The notes beneath the pieces are model-generated. The model did no database searches. It had not been told where the DNA came from and saw only the letters and a list, made by a program, of their open reading frames with translations. The translations under genes and the position numbers were made by a program. DNA of 57,587 nt from a virus (taxonomy: Duplodnaviria; Caudoviricetes), in the IMG/VR virus record IMGVR_UViG_3300048853_000105, positions 1 to 57,587 of that record; one strand, written 5' to 3'. Shown in pieces: positions 18,745 to 26,677 of this stretch (position 1 is its first letter; every line of letters begins with the position of its first letter).

Positions 18745-19016
18745 GAGTCGGATCACTTGTCGAGTTGGTAGATGATAACTGGGATCTTACCAACGGATAC
18801 CCTGATGAGGTATATCCGGTTAAAAAAGTAATCTATACCGTGAGATCAATTGATGAATACGGAATAAGACTCGAGGAAATAATAAATCCTATTCATAGAT
18901 ACGCAGATATCGGTTATGATGAATGTGCTTTTAAAACATCCCGCTTCCGCGAACTCATGCCACCAACATCAATCAGCTTAGAATTGGTTTTGGAAAACGA
19001 ACTACAGGAGGCATAG
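18741..19016 (+). CDS. Hypothetical protein
   Basis: ATGA overlap. Confidence 0.65.
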   Translation: MRVGSLVELVDDNWDLTNGYPDEVYPVKKVIYTVRSIDEYGIRLEEIINPIHRYADIGYDECAFKTSRFRELMPPTSISLELVLENELQEA

Positions 19017-19018
19017 CC

Positions 19019-19162
19019 ATGACGGAACATGAAATCTTCCTGATGATGTACCGGGATTTTATGCATGCCTGCAGGATGATCGACATGCGAGCAAACCAGC
19101 ACCACATCATGTGCAGGAAAGTGATGATCTACAAAAGAATCCATGGAAAAGTACGAACTTGA
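19019..19162 (+). CDS. 47-aa hypothetical protein
   Basis: ATG 2 nt after previous stop (MTEHEIFLMMY). Confidence 0.45.
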   Translation: MTEHEIFLMMYRDFMHACRMIDMRANQHHIMCRKVMIYKRIHGKVRT

Positions 19163-19252
19163 TGAATTGGGTTTCCAAATAATATCCTATCAAAAATAAC
19201 ATTTGCATTTATCTCTTTTTTTATATACTTTTGAGTATCAAAAAGAAATAAC

Positions 19253-19744
19253 ATGAGTAAAGGAACTATCTTAACCTTTTCAGCTATCACAGAGAGGATT
19301 CAGCGACTTGTTTCCTTAACAAAGAAACTTAAAGAAGAAGAAAGTTATAGTATTTATAACCTGTGGGGCATTAAAGATGACTTTTTGGAAGATTATGAAA
19401 ATAACGGCTACTACCACGAGCGACTTGCAAATCGGGTTATCATGGGAGCTGTTAGAATTCGTGAGTCGACAAGTAAGAGATTGTCAGATGTAGAGTTAGC
19501 TCTTGAGCATCTGAGAAGGTTGTTGTCGAGCGTGATAAACCATTCGTTAAGTAGAATCACGATCGATTTTAAGTCAATGTATAGGTGCAAGGTTCCGATT
19601 CTATTTAAAAATCTTGATGATGCTCATATAACTAGCCAATTTTTAGAGAAAGTTAAAATTGAGTTTAGTTATATACATCATAGATACACACAGTGGACCA
19701 AGATAAATTGCAAACAGCAATTAGAATTGCTAACAGCTTATTAG
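19253..19744 (+). CDS. AT-rich moron protein
   Basis: Own TACTTTTG promoter element near 19226. Confidence 0.6.
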   Translation: MSKGTILTFSAITERIQRLVSLTKKLKEEESYSIYNLWGIKDDFLEDYENNGYYHERLANRVIMGAVRIRESTSKRLSDVELALEHLRRLLSSVINHSLSRITIDFKSMYRCKVPILFKNLDDAHITSQFLEKVKIEFSYIHHRYTQWTKINCKQQLELLTAY

Positions 19745-19938
19745 AAAATAAAGAATTATCATCAGAACACCGGATTCAGATAGAGCATCTTATAGCAGAG
19801 CTAGAATCCGGTATAAAAACAAAGAAGCTTGATTCTAAAAGGATCAAAGAAATTGTAAAAGAACTTTTTGATTGGCTTATGCTCTTGAAGCCCGTCCTTA
19901 AGGATATTATTGAATCATGGATACAGGGAAACTTTTAG
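19693..19938 (+). CDS. Small helical moron protein
   Basis: GTG start, overlaps both neighbours. Confidence 0.55.
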   Translation: MDQDKLQTAIRIANSLLENKELSSEHRIQIEHLIAELESGIKTKKLDSKRIKEIVKELFDWLMLLKPVLKDIIESWIQGNF

Positions 19939-20201
19939 CAGAATTAAGAAAGAAAAAAGGTTTAAGCCAAGCTGAGTTGGCTTCAGCTGCGGGTATTACC
20001 CAGGCCTCACTTTCACATATTGAAAATGGAAGTAAGAAGCCGCATAAAAGTACAATTGACAAGTTGTGTGAGGCATTAGACATGCCTCCACAAATGTTCT
20101 ACTTTCTAACAATTAGGGAAGAAGATCTTCCAGATAGCAGCCGTGAGAAGTTCACAAGCATAGAGAGCGATCTGAAGAAGTTGATATTGGATACTTTTTA
20201 A
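19917..20201 (+). CDS. XRE-family HTH protein
   Basis: LRKKKGLSQAELASAAGITQASLSHIENG. Confidence 0.9.
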   Translation: MDTGKLLAELRKKKGLSQAELASAAGITQASLSHIENGSKKPHKSTIDKLCEALDMPPQMFYFLTIREEDLPDSSREKFTSIESDLKKLILDTF

Positions 20202-20265
20202 ACTTGGTCCACATATATTGTCAACCCAATAGTTGTTTTTTACATTACTTATAAGATTTAGCAAA

Positions 20266-20613
20266 ATGAAGAGAGACCTTACGCTATCAAAGAAGATTCT
20301 TGCGTTTGTCGAAGTGGAGCCACCAGCACCTTACGTGATGAATGTTGTAATTGACGGATATACGAAACAGGAAATTAATTACCATTTGCAACTGCTTGAA
20401 GATGCAGGATATGTGCTTTGCCATCATACAAGTAATGGCCATAAACCAAAGCGGCTAACTAATAGCGGCCATGACTTTTTAGAAGCATCTAGGAACGAGG
20501 GAGTATGGAATAGAATGATCAAGACCGGAAAAGACAAGGGTGTTGACTTGTCATTGTCACTCGCGAAAGAACTTTTAATATCATATTCTAAGGAGTTATT
20601 AGGCCTGCAATAA
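20266..20613 (+). CDS. DUF2513-like winged-helix protein
   Basis: MKRDL..YHLQLLEDAGY..RLTNSGHDFLEA. Confidence 0.75.
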   Translation: MKRDLTLSKKILAFVEVEPPAPYVMNVVIDGYTKQEINYHLQLLEDAGYVLCHHTSNGHKPKRLTNSGHDFLEASRNEGVWNRMIKTGKDKGVDLSLSLAKELLISYSKELLGLQ

Positions 20614-20711
20614 GGAAGCTGTAAAGTACTTATTAGTCATAACGACTATCAAACTGACAAAATCAAGAGGTCAAAAGGATCATAGATCACCTACATTGAT
20701 ATGCTGAAATG

Positions 20712-20775
20712 AAAAACGGGGCCAATGTCTCTCAACATCCCCCGTTACCAAACATAACAGTTCCTTACGCTGCTA
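20712..20775 (-). ncRNA. Predicted sRNA U1
   Basis: Terminator hairpin 20715-20746; weak promoter TATATTTT; shares TTATGTTTGGT and CAGCGTA with U8. Confidence 0.45.
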
Positions 20776-20868
20776 CATAAAATATACAAACGCAATGGCT
20801 AGGTATAAAGATTTTGACTGAGGAAAAAAAGGAAGAGCCTATCAGGATGTCGGTGCGTTAAATTTGGT

Positions 20869-21030
20869 TTACTTTTTCAACCTATAATACAGCTTTCGGC
20901 ACTTCATGCACTTGTATTGTGCGATCGGTAACCAGAACAAGAAAGTTTTTATCCATCTGCTGCGTGGAACTCGGTCTACGCTGACGTTTCCGCACCCGGA
21001 GCACTTTTCGATTCTGGTTCCTGTCATCAT
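20869..21030 (-). CDS. 53-aa zinc-ribbon protein, absent from ORF track
   Basis: CSGC...YKCMKC. Confidence 0.7.
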   Translation of the reverse strand: MMTGTRIEKCSGCGNVSVDRVPRSRWIKTFLFWLPIAQYKCMKCRKLYYRLKK

Positions 21031-21120
21031 AGTTTATTTGATTATTAAAGTTCTCGTAAAGCCAACAAACCTATAAATAGTTTAACGGCGTATGGTTAAA
21101 GTATTGCATTGTTCAGTTTC

Positions 21121-21190
21121 AAAAAAATGCGGGGTGCCCGCCCAGGTCCCCGCACTTGAAACACTCAGATCCATGGTGGTGGAATATCAA
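21121..21190 (-). ncRNA. Predicted sRNA U2 (CCTGG-hairpin family)
   Basis: TACCTTGC (21197-21204); GCGGGGACCTGGGCGGGCACCCCGC-A-T7. Confidence 0.6.
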
Positions 21191-21336
21191 AGCATCGCAA
21201 GGTAGCTGAACGGCATTAAGAACAAGTTAAGTACGAATCAACGTTCGTGTACATGATCTAGTCGATGATAATGCAACAAAAAAGCCCCCCATTTCTGAAA
21301 GGCTTTGACTAAAGCTCTTGTATTCTCTACTAGTTG

Positions 21337-21558
21337 CTAGTTAATACTGATTTGTGGATAGCAGGTGCTGACGAAGCTTGCATGAGCATCAAATCCGGTA
21401 CATTGTAAATTGATATCGTTGGTGCGTGTGTCAATAACGCAGATTATAAACATGCCTTTTCTACTTATCGAATGCAGCTTGTTCTGTAGACATTTATCGG
21501 ATTGAACTTCGGCAGACTTGTATCCAGCTTCTGTGTCTAGGTAAATTATTCGTAGCAT
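21337..21558 (-). CDS. Hypothetical moron protein
   Basis: Own TATGTTGC element (21585-21592) and terminator near 21278-21306. Confidence 0.6.
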   Translation of the reverse strand: MLRIIYLDTEAGYKSAEVQSDKCLQNKLHSISRKGMFIICVIDTRTNDINLQCTGFDAHASFVSTCYPQISIN

Positions 21559-21714
21559 AACATTGACTTAACATTTGTGTGTATGCAACATACGGGATTT
21601 GTCTGCCAGAACTTGTCAACTACACTTATTATGAGTAGAGCTTTTACATTTTTGCTCGTGAATGAAAGATGATTGTGAAAATCGGTGTGGTGAGTTGATA
21701 ACTACCATGAAATA

Positions 21715-21761
21715 GAAAAGGGCAACCATGGCTGGCTGCCCAATTCAAATTAACGCTCTCA
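21715..21761 (-). ncRNA. Predicted sRNA U3 (~45 nt)
   Basis: TACTTTTG (21766-21773); GGGCAGCCA/TGGTTGCCC-T4. Confidence 0.55.
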
Positions 21762-21907
21762 AGGACAAAAGTAGCAATAGGAGGGATTTCATCAATAGCT
21801 TTCTAGAGAACGTGCATCAAAGTGTATAATCAACACTAACTGATTTCACACATGAAACTATTTCACTAAGAATTGATGCTGATGCATCAAATGAAATTTA
21901 AAGTATT

Positions 21908-21945
21908 ATGCTCTTTTGACATTAACAGCATAATTACTATATTTG
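21908..21945 (+). promoter_or_regulatory. 24-bp box copy 3 plus promoter
   Basis: ATGCTCTTTTGACATTAACAGCAT, 6 nt, TATATTTG. Confidence 0.7.
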
Positions 21946-22110
21946 ATTTATACGAACGACGCGGCCACGTCAAAAAAGATCTTGAATGTCTTTGGAGTGA
22001 CGCTGGCCGGCTGAAACTTCAAGGGCATTTCTCATTTAAGGACTACATACACACAAACAACCCAGCCTGCATAGAAATATGCGGGCTTTTCCAGCTAAAA
22101 ACCTTTCATT

Positions 22111-22218
22111 ATGGAACTACTGATCATTCTGATCGCGGTTATTGCTGCTGGCATAGTCGCATCAATCGAAGGCGTATGGCATGCCGGCGAACTGGACGCT
22201 AACGATGTAAACTTTTAA
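22111..22218 (+). CDS. 35-aa membrane peptide
   Basis: MELLIILIAVIAAGIVAS... Confidence 0.6.
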   Translation: MELLIILIAVIAAGIVASIEGVWHAGELDANDVNF

Positions 22219-22220
22219 TT

Positions 22221-22340
22221 ATGGCAAGCATCGGACAACATGGATCAGGGCACGATTGCCCGACATGGAAAATTGTAGCGATCATCATCATCGCGGTGCT
22301 GGTCTTTTCTCCAATCGTATTTAAAGCTTTAGGGGGGTAG
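22221..22340 (+). CDS. 39-aa membrane peptide
   Basis: ...WKIVAIIIIAVLVFSPIVFK; 2 nt after previous stop. Confidence 0.6.
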   Translation: MASIGQHGSGHDCPTWKIVAIIIIAVLVFSPIVFKALGG

Positions 22341-22344
22341 AGCC

Positions 22345-22488
22345 ATGAGAACCATTAAACTAATCATCCTGGTAGCAGCCGTTGCGCTGTCATCGTGTGC
22401 AAAAGAAGATCTCACTTCGGAAAGGTACAAACGTCCTGATGAGGTTAAAATGCCTGTGAAAGTAATTGAAGTGAAACCTAACTACTAA
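22345..22488 (+). CDS. 47-aa lipoprotein
   Basis: MRTIKLIILVAAVALSSC. Confidence 0.7.
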   Translation: MRTIKLIILVAAVALSSCAKEDLTSERYKRPDEVKMPVKVIEVKPNY

Positions 22489-22491
22489 GCT

Positions 22492-22749
22492 ATGATACAG
22501 AAAACAACCATCCAACAAATAGAAGAGGTGACGATCTTACAGATCCGAGCATTAGACACGCGGGTTCCCCTGGAAGCAGCGCAGGCATTGCACCAACTGA
22601 AGCTGCACCTAATCAACCAGTACTACAATGAGCAGCTGCTGAAGAGAGCAGAGCGTTTGATGCGCCCGAATGCGTGGCAGAGGCTGGTATATTCATTTAT
22701 GAGCCTAAAAAAGAAGCGGGTAACCTATCCAGGCACCCGCTTGCAGTAA
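22492..22749 (+). CDS. Hypothetical protein
   Basis: 3 nt after previous stop. Confidence 0.6.
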   Translation: MIQKTTIQQIEEVTILQIRALDTRVPLEAAQALHQLKLHLINQYYNEQLLKRAERLMRPNAWQRLVYSFMSLKKKRVTYPGTRLQ

Positions 22750-22778
22750 CACGTAACTAATTCACCATTAGTTCTAAC
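22707..22778 (-). ncRNA. Predicted sRNA U4 (CCTGG-hairpin family)
   Basis: TATATTGC (22785-22792); GCGGGTGCCTGGATAGGTTACCCGC-TTCT6. Confidence 0.6.
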
Positions 22779-22831
22779 CTGAAGGCAATATAACATTGCC
22801 ACATTAAAACGAGGTTAAATGTAGAAAAGCA

Positions 22832-23011
22832 ATGAAACCAATCTACAGATTCACATACCTGCTGCTGGTCCTGATAGGATGCATCCTGTTTGTCGCATTG
22901 ATTTTTGCAGATCCGTTCATTTGGGCTCTAACCGGCAAGTCACCTGCATGTCGGTTTCTCGATCGATATTCTGATTGGATGGAAAGCTGGAAGAAACGGA
23001 AGGGCATATGA
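22832..23011 (+). CDS. 59-aa membrane peptide with basic tail
   Basis: YLLLVLIGCILFVALIFA...WKKRKGI. Confidence 0.6.
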   Translation: MKPIYRFTYLLLVLIGCILFVALIFADPFIWALTGKSPACRFLDRYSDWMESWKKRKGI

Positions 23012-23020
23012 GTATTGATT

Positions 23021-23089
23021 AAAGCAAAGCGGGTAGCCCATCCAGGTACCCGCATACGCTAACACGCACTCAAAATTGAGTTAACTATT
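23021..23089 (-). ncRNA. Predicted sRNA U5 (CCTGG-hairpin family)
   Basis: TATATTGC (23096-23103); GCGGGTACCTGGATGGGCTACCCGC-TTTGCTTT. Confidence 0.6.
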
Positions 23090-23198
23090 TCGATTGCAAT
23101 ATAGCATCGACTTATTAGAGGGATATAAGAATAGAATTAGAATTTCAGATTTAGGAAGAGACGCTGGATAGCGCGAATAGTCGAGAGGGTAGATATTC

Positions 23199-23245
23199 AA
23201 AACAAGCGGGGGCTAAATTAACGCTCTCATATGGGTGCCCCCGCT
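23199..23245 (-). ncRNA. Hairpin U6 with 23-nt loop; possible sRNA 3' end
   Basis: AGCGGGGGC/GCCCCCGCT; loop shares 15 nt with U3; promoter unclear. Confidence 0.4.
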
Positions 23246-23366
23246 ATCAAACTCAAATTTAATTAACGACAATAGCTTGAGTTACCGGCCATCCAACCTT
23301 CGTGAAGACAATATGGCCCAAGGCCAAAGTAAAACCAAATAAATTTTAAAATAAATCTAACTAACC

Positions 23367-23711
23367 ATGTTACAATCCTACCAAACCCATCAGCAGCCGG
23401 CACGAACCAACGTTCGCAGCACGGTACAAGGTCAAACACCTGAAGCGATAATCCAGGCAGTCTGCGAAGCTTTAAAAGTGAATAAGGCTGATCTGCTTGG
23501 GCCAGAAAGATCTGGAAAACTCAAAGTAGCCAGGCGAATTGCGATCGGGTTAATCCTGATGGCGGATCCAATGATCACGCTAAAAGTGGTAGGGCAGATG
23601 TTCGGCCGGAATCATACCACCATCATCTACAACCGGGATCAGTTCTATGATCAGAACGGTACCAACCGGGAATTAACTAATAAAGTCAAGATGGTTACCT
23701 ACCTGTTATAA
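23367..23711 (+). CDS. Second DnaA C-terminal-like HTH protein
   Basis: VARRIAIGLI..TLKVVGQMFGRNHTTIIY. Confidence 0.82.
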   Translation: MLQSYQTHQQPARTNVRSTVQGQTPEAIIQAVCEALKVNKADLLGPERSGKLKVARRIAIGLILMADPMITLKVVGQMFGRNHTTIIYNRDQFYDQNGTNRELTNKVKMVTYLL

Positions 23712-23780
23712 AACAATAGCGGAACCCATCCAGGCGCCGCTAATGAAAAGTAAGATAATTGAAGTAAAGTGTATCATAAA
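23709..23780 (-). ncRNA. Predicted sRNA U7 (CCTGG-hairpin family)
   Basis: TATATTGC (23787-23794); AGCGGCGCCTGGATGGGTTCCGCT-ATTGTTTT. Confidence 0.55.
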
Positions 23781-23818
23781 TCGTCCGCAATATATACCCG
23801 CCACATAAAGTCAGTATC

Positions 23819-24277
23819 ATGAAAACATTAACAATTAAAAACCCTTGGGCACTGCTTATTGCTGCAGGGATTAAAGACATCGAGAACCGAACCTGGAGAA
23901 CTAAGTTCAGGGGTAGGATATACATTCATGCCGGTCAGTCCTTGGCTTGTAATAAGTTCGGCGACCTGGGTGGTCTGATGACCGCGGACCAAATACAAGC
24001 AATAGGACTGGATGCTCCTGAAGTACGCAAACTCATATTCAAATCTGCCTTTAACCAATCGATGATCATCGGAGAAGTTGATATCGTCGACTGCGTACTC
24101 AATCATCCAAGCGTGTGGGCCGAGCAAATGACGTATGATAAATGTCCGGAAACCGGGATTCATATACTGCGCAAAGGCCAGCCATACGTCTGGAACTGGG
24201 TGCTTGCAAATCCGGTGCTCTATGACAAGCCGATCGAGAATGTAAAAGGGAAACTTAGCTTTTGGGAGTACCATTAG
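23819..24277 (+). CDS. ASCH domain protein
   Basis: LTIKNPWALLIAAGIKDIENRTW..RGRIYIHA; KGKLSFW. Confidence 0.9.
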   Translation: MKTLTIKNPWALLIAAGIKDIENRTWRTKFRGRIYIHAGQSLACNKFGDLGGLMTADQIQAIGLDAPEVRKLIFKSAFNQSMIIGEVDIVDCVLNHPSVWAEQMTYDKCPETGIHILRKGQPYVWNWVLANPVLYDKPIENVKGKLSFWEYH

Positions 24278-24847
24278 TTATTTTAGCCAATCCGGACGGC
24301 TCCTGGATAGTACAATAATATCTTCAGAAGTAGGTTTTACCGGTAAATCAATTAGATCGTAAGTAATGAATGTTCTTGCTGTGTCGCTAATTGTGAAATT
24401 AAAACAAGGCTCACCATAGAATATGCCACCATGACTACTTACTTGCACTAGTATCCACTTATTAATAAGACCTGCCACAGTAGGATGAGTGAATGGTAGT
24501 GGAATTGTGTCATGACCGTTCATGAAGAATTCTCGTAACACAGCTTTCTCTGATGATGTTAATTTTGATATATGGTTTTTAATGTTTTTCTTATTCTTTG
24601 ATCTGGTAAATACTAAACGGATTGAATTATATATATAAACCGTGATGTCTATTAATATCAGAACTGAAGAGATTAAAAACGCAGGACCGATGTACTGCGC
24701 ATAAGTATCACTTAGATTGTCTATATGTAGCTTCTGCTTCCACAACTCCGGAAGAAATAGAAACGAAGCCGAAAGAAGCGCAATAGGGAGTAGAAAACGA
24801 ATAGATATTTTCCCATTTTCAACAAATGTAGTCCAACTCATGTCCAA
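24278..24847 (-). CDS. SieB-like superinfection exclusion protein
   Basis: Two N-terminal TMs, then LTSSEKAVLREF...PTVAGLINKWIL. Confidence 0.7.
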   Translation of the reverse strand: MDMSWTTFVENGKISIRFLLPIALLSASFLFLPELWKQKLHIDNLSDTYAQYIGPAFLISSVLILIDITVYIYNSIRLVFTRSKNKKNIKNHISKLTSSEKAVLREFFMNGHDTIPLPFTHPTVAGLINKWILVQVSSHGGIFYGEPCFNFTISDTARTFITYDLIDLPVKPTSEDIIVLSRSRPDWLK

Positions 24848-24856
24848 TATTACTAA

Positions 24857-25363
24857 ATGAAACCAGCATTAGCAAAAGCCATCGTTCACAATTGCCTTGA
24901 AAGGGGTTACATCATGGTAGGAGATAATTTGTATCCGCCAAATCATCCAAAGGCCATAGCTGCCGTCGAGATCAGAAACAAGCGGAAGCCGCGAACAACT
25001 CATATAAAGACAGGTGACATTCACGATATCAGGAACATTGCCAACAAGGAGAAGCAGAGAGACATGTTCACCATGCTTATGGAAAAGGAAGGGCTTGACT
25101 GTTGGCCAGAATTCTTTTTTAGCACAGAGAGACTGTTTCGCCTTGACTATAGCTTTCCTGAATACAAGATAGGTATTGAAGTTGATGGTGGCACATGGAG
25201 TAAGGAGCGTTCAGGTCATTCATCTGGTACTGGCCTTGCTCGTGATCGTGAAAAGAGTACGCTGCTGGCTACTTTAGGTTGGTCATTGATCAGAGTTACG
25301 CCTCAAGAACTATTAACAGCTAAAACCATTAAGACGATCAAGAAAATTATTTCAAATAAATAA
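24857..25363 (+). CDS. DUF559/Vsr-like endonuclease
   Basis: FRLDY..KIGIEVDGG...LGWSLIRVT. Confidence 0.75.
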   Translation: MKPALAKAIVHNCLERGYIMVGDNLYPPNHPKAIAAVEIRNKRKPRTTHIKTGDIHDIRNIANKEKQRDMFTMLMEKEGLDCWPEFFFSTERLFRLDYSFPEYKIGIEVDGGTWSKERSGHSSGTGLARDREKSTLLATLGWSLIRVTPQELLTAKTIKTIKKIISNK

Positions 25364-25402
25364 TGCTGCATCGACATAAATAGCATAATGTTTATATATT
25401 TG
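25363..25402 (+). promoter_or_regulatory. 24-bp box copy 4 plus promoter
   Basis: ATGCTGCATCGACATAAATAGCAT, 8 nt, TATATTTG. Confidence 0.7.
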
Positions 25403-25408
25403 TTTCAT

Positions 25409-25509
25409 GCTAATCGGGTTGCGCCACAGAGTTAGCCATCACAAGATATTTGAAGCCTTATTGGCCTAGTAGGAAAGCGCAACTTCTGAACGGTCGATAA
25501 GGCTTTTTT
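25409..25509 (+). promoter_or_regulatory. Structured leader/attenuator (a-b-a'-b')
   Basis: GTTGCGC (25418) / GCGCAAC (25477); AAGCCTTATTGGCC / GGTCGATAAGGCTT followed by T-tract. Confidence 0.65.
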
Positions 25510-25526
25510 AGTTTAAAATATCCATA

Positions 25527-26213
25527 ATGAACTTTTTAGAAACCACTCTTCGAGACATGGATCTTAGTGTTAGATTAGTCAATGCACTTGCAATAAAAGG
25601 TGTACTAACAATTAATGATTTACTTTATTCAGATCCAGTAAAACTGGAATCTACTCCGGGAATGGGGAAGAAGTATTATAAGGAAACTACTGATTTCGTT
25701 TTCCGTATTCAGCCGAGAATAATTGAAGCAATAAGGAAAGAAAGTCAAGTCGGCAAACCTACCGTACAACAAGATAGTAATATCCTTTCTTCATCTTTCA
25801 TTACTTCCGTACAGAAAGCTGCGTATAACGGGGCTAAGTCGGCGGTATTAGAATTACAAAGCAACCAAGTGGCTAGTGTACACTTAGAAGACGAGCGGCT
25901 TGATTATGCGGGAGCCGCCGAATATTTGGGAGTTTCAAAGCAGACTATTACCAAATATAAAAACAATGGCGTGCTCAAATTCTACCAAACTGGCCGAACC
26001 GTTTACTTTAAGAAGTCAGAAATTGATCAAGCCCTAGCATCTACAATTAATAACAAGAATAAACTTTATAAGAAGGTTTCTGATATCGAGGTTATACCTG
26101 AGTGGGCAAAAAAAATCGAGGATAATTACAACCATATTCAGACAAAGCTAATTGCTAAAATCAAAGAAAAAGACGCCATTATAGAGGATTTATGTAAGAA
26201 ACTAAATCAATGA
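25527..26213 (+). CDS. RNA polymerase alpha-CTD-like domain fused to excisionase-type HTH
   Basis: LSVRLVNAL...TINDLL...PGMGKK; LDYAGAAEYLGVSKQTI. Confidence 0.75.
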   Translation: MNFLETTLRDMDLSVRLVNALAIKGVLTINDLLYSDPVKLESTPGMGKKYYKETTDFVFRIQPRIIEAIRKESQVGKPTVQQDSNILSSSFITSVQKAAYNGAKSAVLELQSNQVASVHLEDERLDYAGAAEYLGVSKQTITKYKNNGVLKFYQTGRTVYFKKSEIDQALASTINNKNKLYKKVSDIEVIPEWAKKIEDNYNHIQTKLIAKIKEKDAIIEDLCKKLNQ

Positions 26214-26494
26214 TTGATATTTTAGTAACTACCTATACCAGAGATGACATCAAAGACATCATCAAAGAAGCATTGAAGGAACATCTTGAAGAGAAAATCA
26301 CAACCACTAAGATTTCCTTGTACGAAGATACTCTGGTTGATACTGCGGAGATTTGTTCATTCTTGAATATATCCGCTGCTACCTTAGTCAAGTATAGGAA
26401 TAAAAAAATGATCCCCTTCAAAAGGGTGGGTAGAAAATTTCTATACAATAAGAACGACGTAGCGAAAGCAATTGAAAAAACATTTAAATATTAA
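26210..26494 (+). CDS. Excisionase-type HTH protein
   Basis: EICSFLNISAATLVKYR..IPFKRVGRKFLY. Confidence 0.85.
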   Translation: MIDILVTTYTRDDIKDIIKEALKEHLEEKITTTKISLYEDTLVDTAEICSFLNISAATLVKYRNKKMIPFKRVGRKFLYNKNDVAKAIEKTFKY

Positions 26495-26499
26495 CAAAT

Positions 26500-26673
26500 A
26501 TGGGGAATCATTATGTTTATGGCCTTATAGGCCTACAAGGTATTCTTAATTGTAGCAAGAAAACCGCTATTAAGCACATCAAAAACAATTCTATACCACA
26601 CAGCCGCATTGGTCGAAAGCTCATTTTTGATCAGCAAGAGGTGCTTGAAAGCTTAAAAGTAAAAAACAAATAA
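26500..26673 (+). CDS. 57-aa excisionase-type HTH protein, absent from ORF track
   Basis: ILNCSKKTA..IPHSRIGRKLIFD. Confidence 0.7.
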   Translation: MGNHYVYGLIGLQGILNCSKKTAIKHIKNNSIPHSRIGRKLIFDQQEVLESLKVKNK

Positions 26674-26677
26674 CACC

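Noticed and set aside
21873-22202. 109-aa ORF in the track
   Set aside because: Spans a promoter, box and structured leader; the coupled small ORFs explain the region better
5256-23340. GCCAAAGTAAAA(A)CCAAAT at 5256 and 23323 as a regulatory motif
   Set aside because: Low-complexity A-rich sequence typical of these leaders; too weak alone
21121-23794. CRISPR array or REP-type repeat reading of the CCTGG hairpins
   Set aside because: Copies are divergent and hundreds of bp apart with genes between; no cas gene seen
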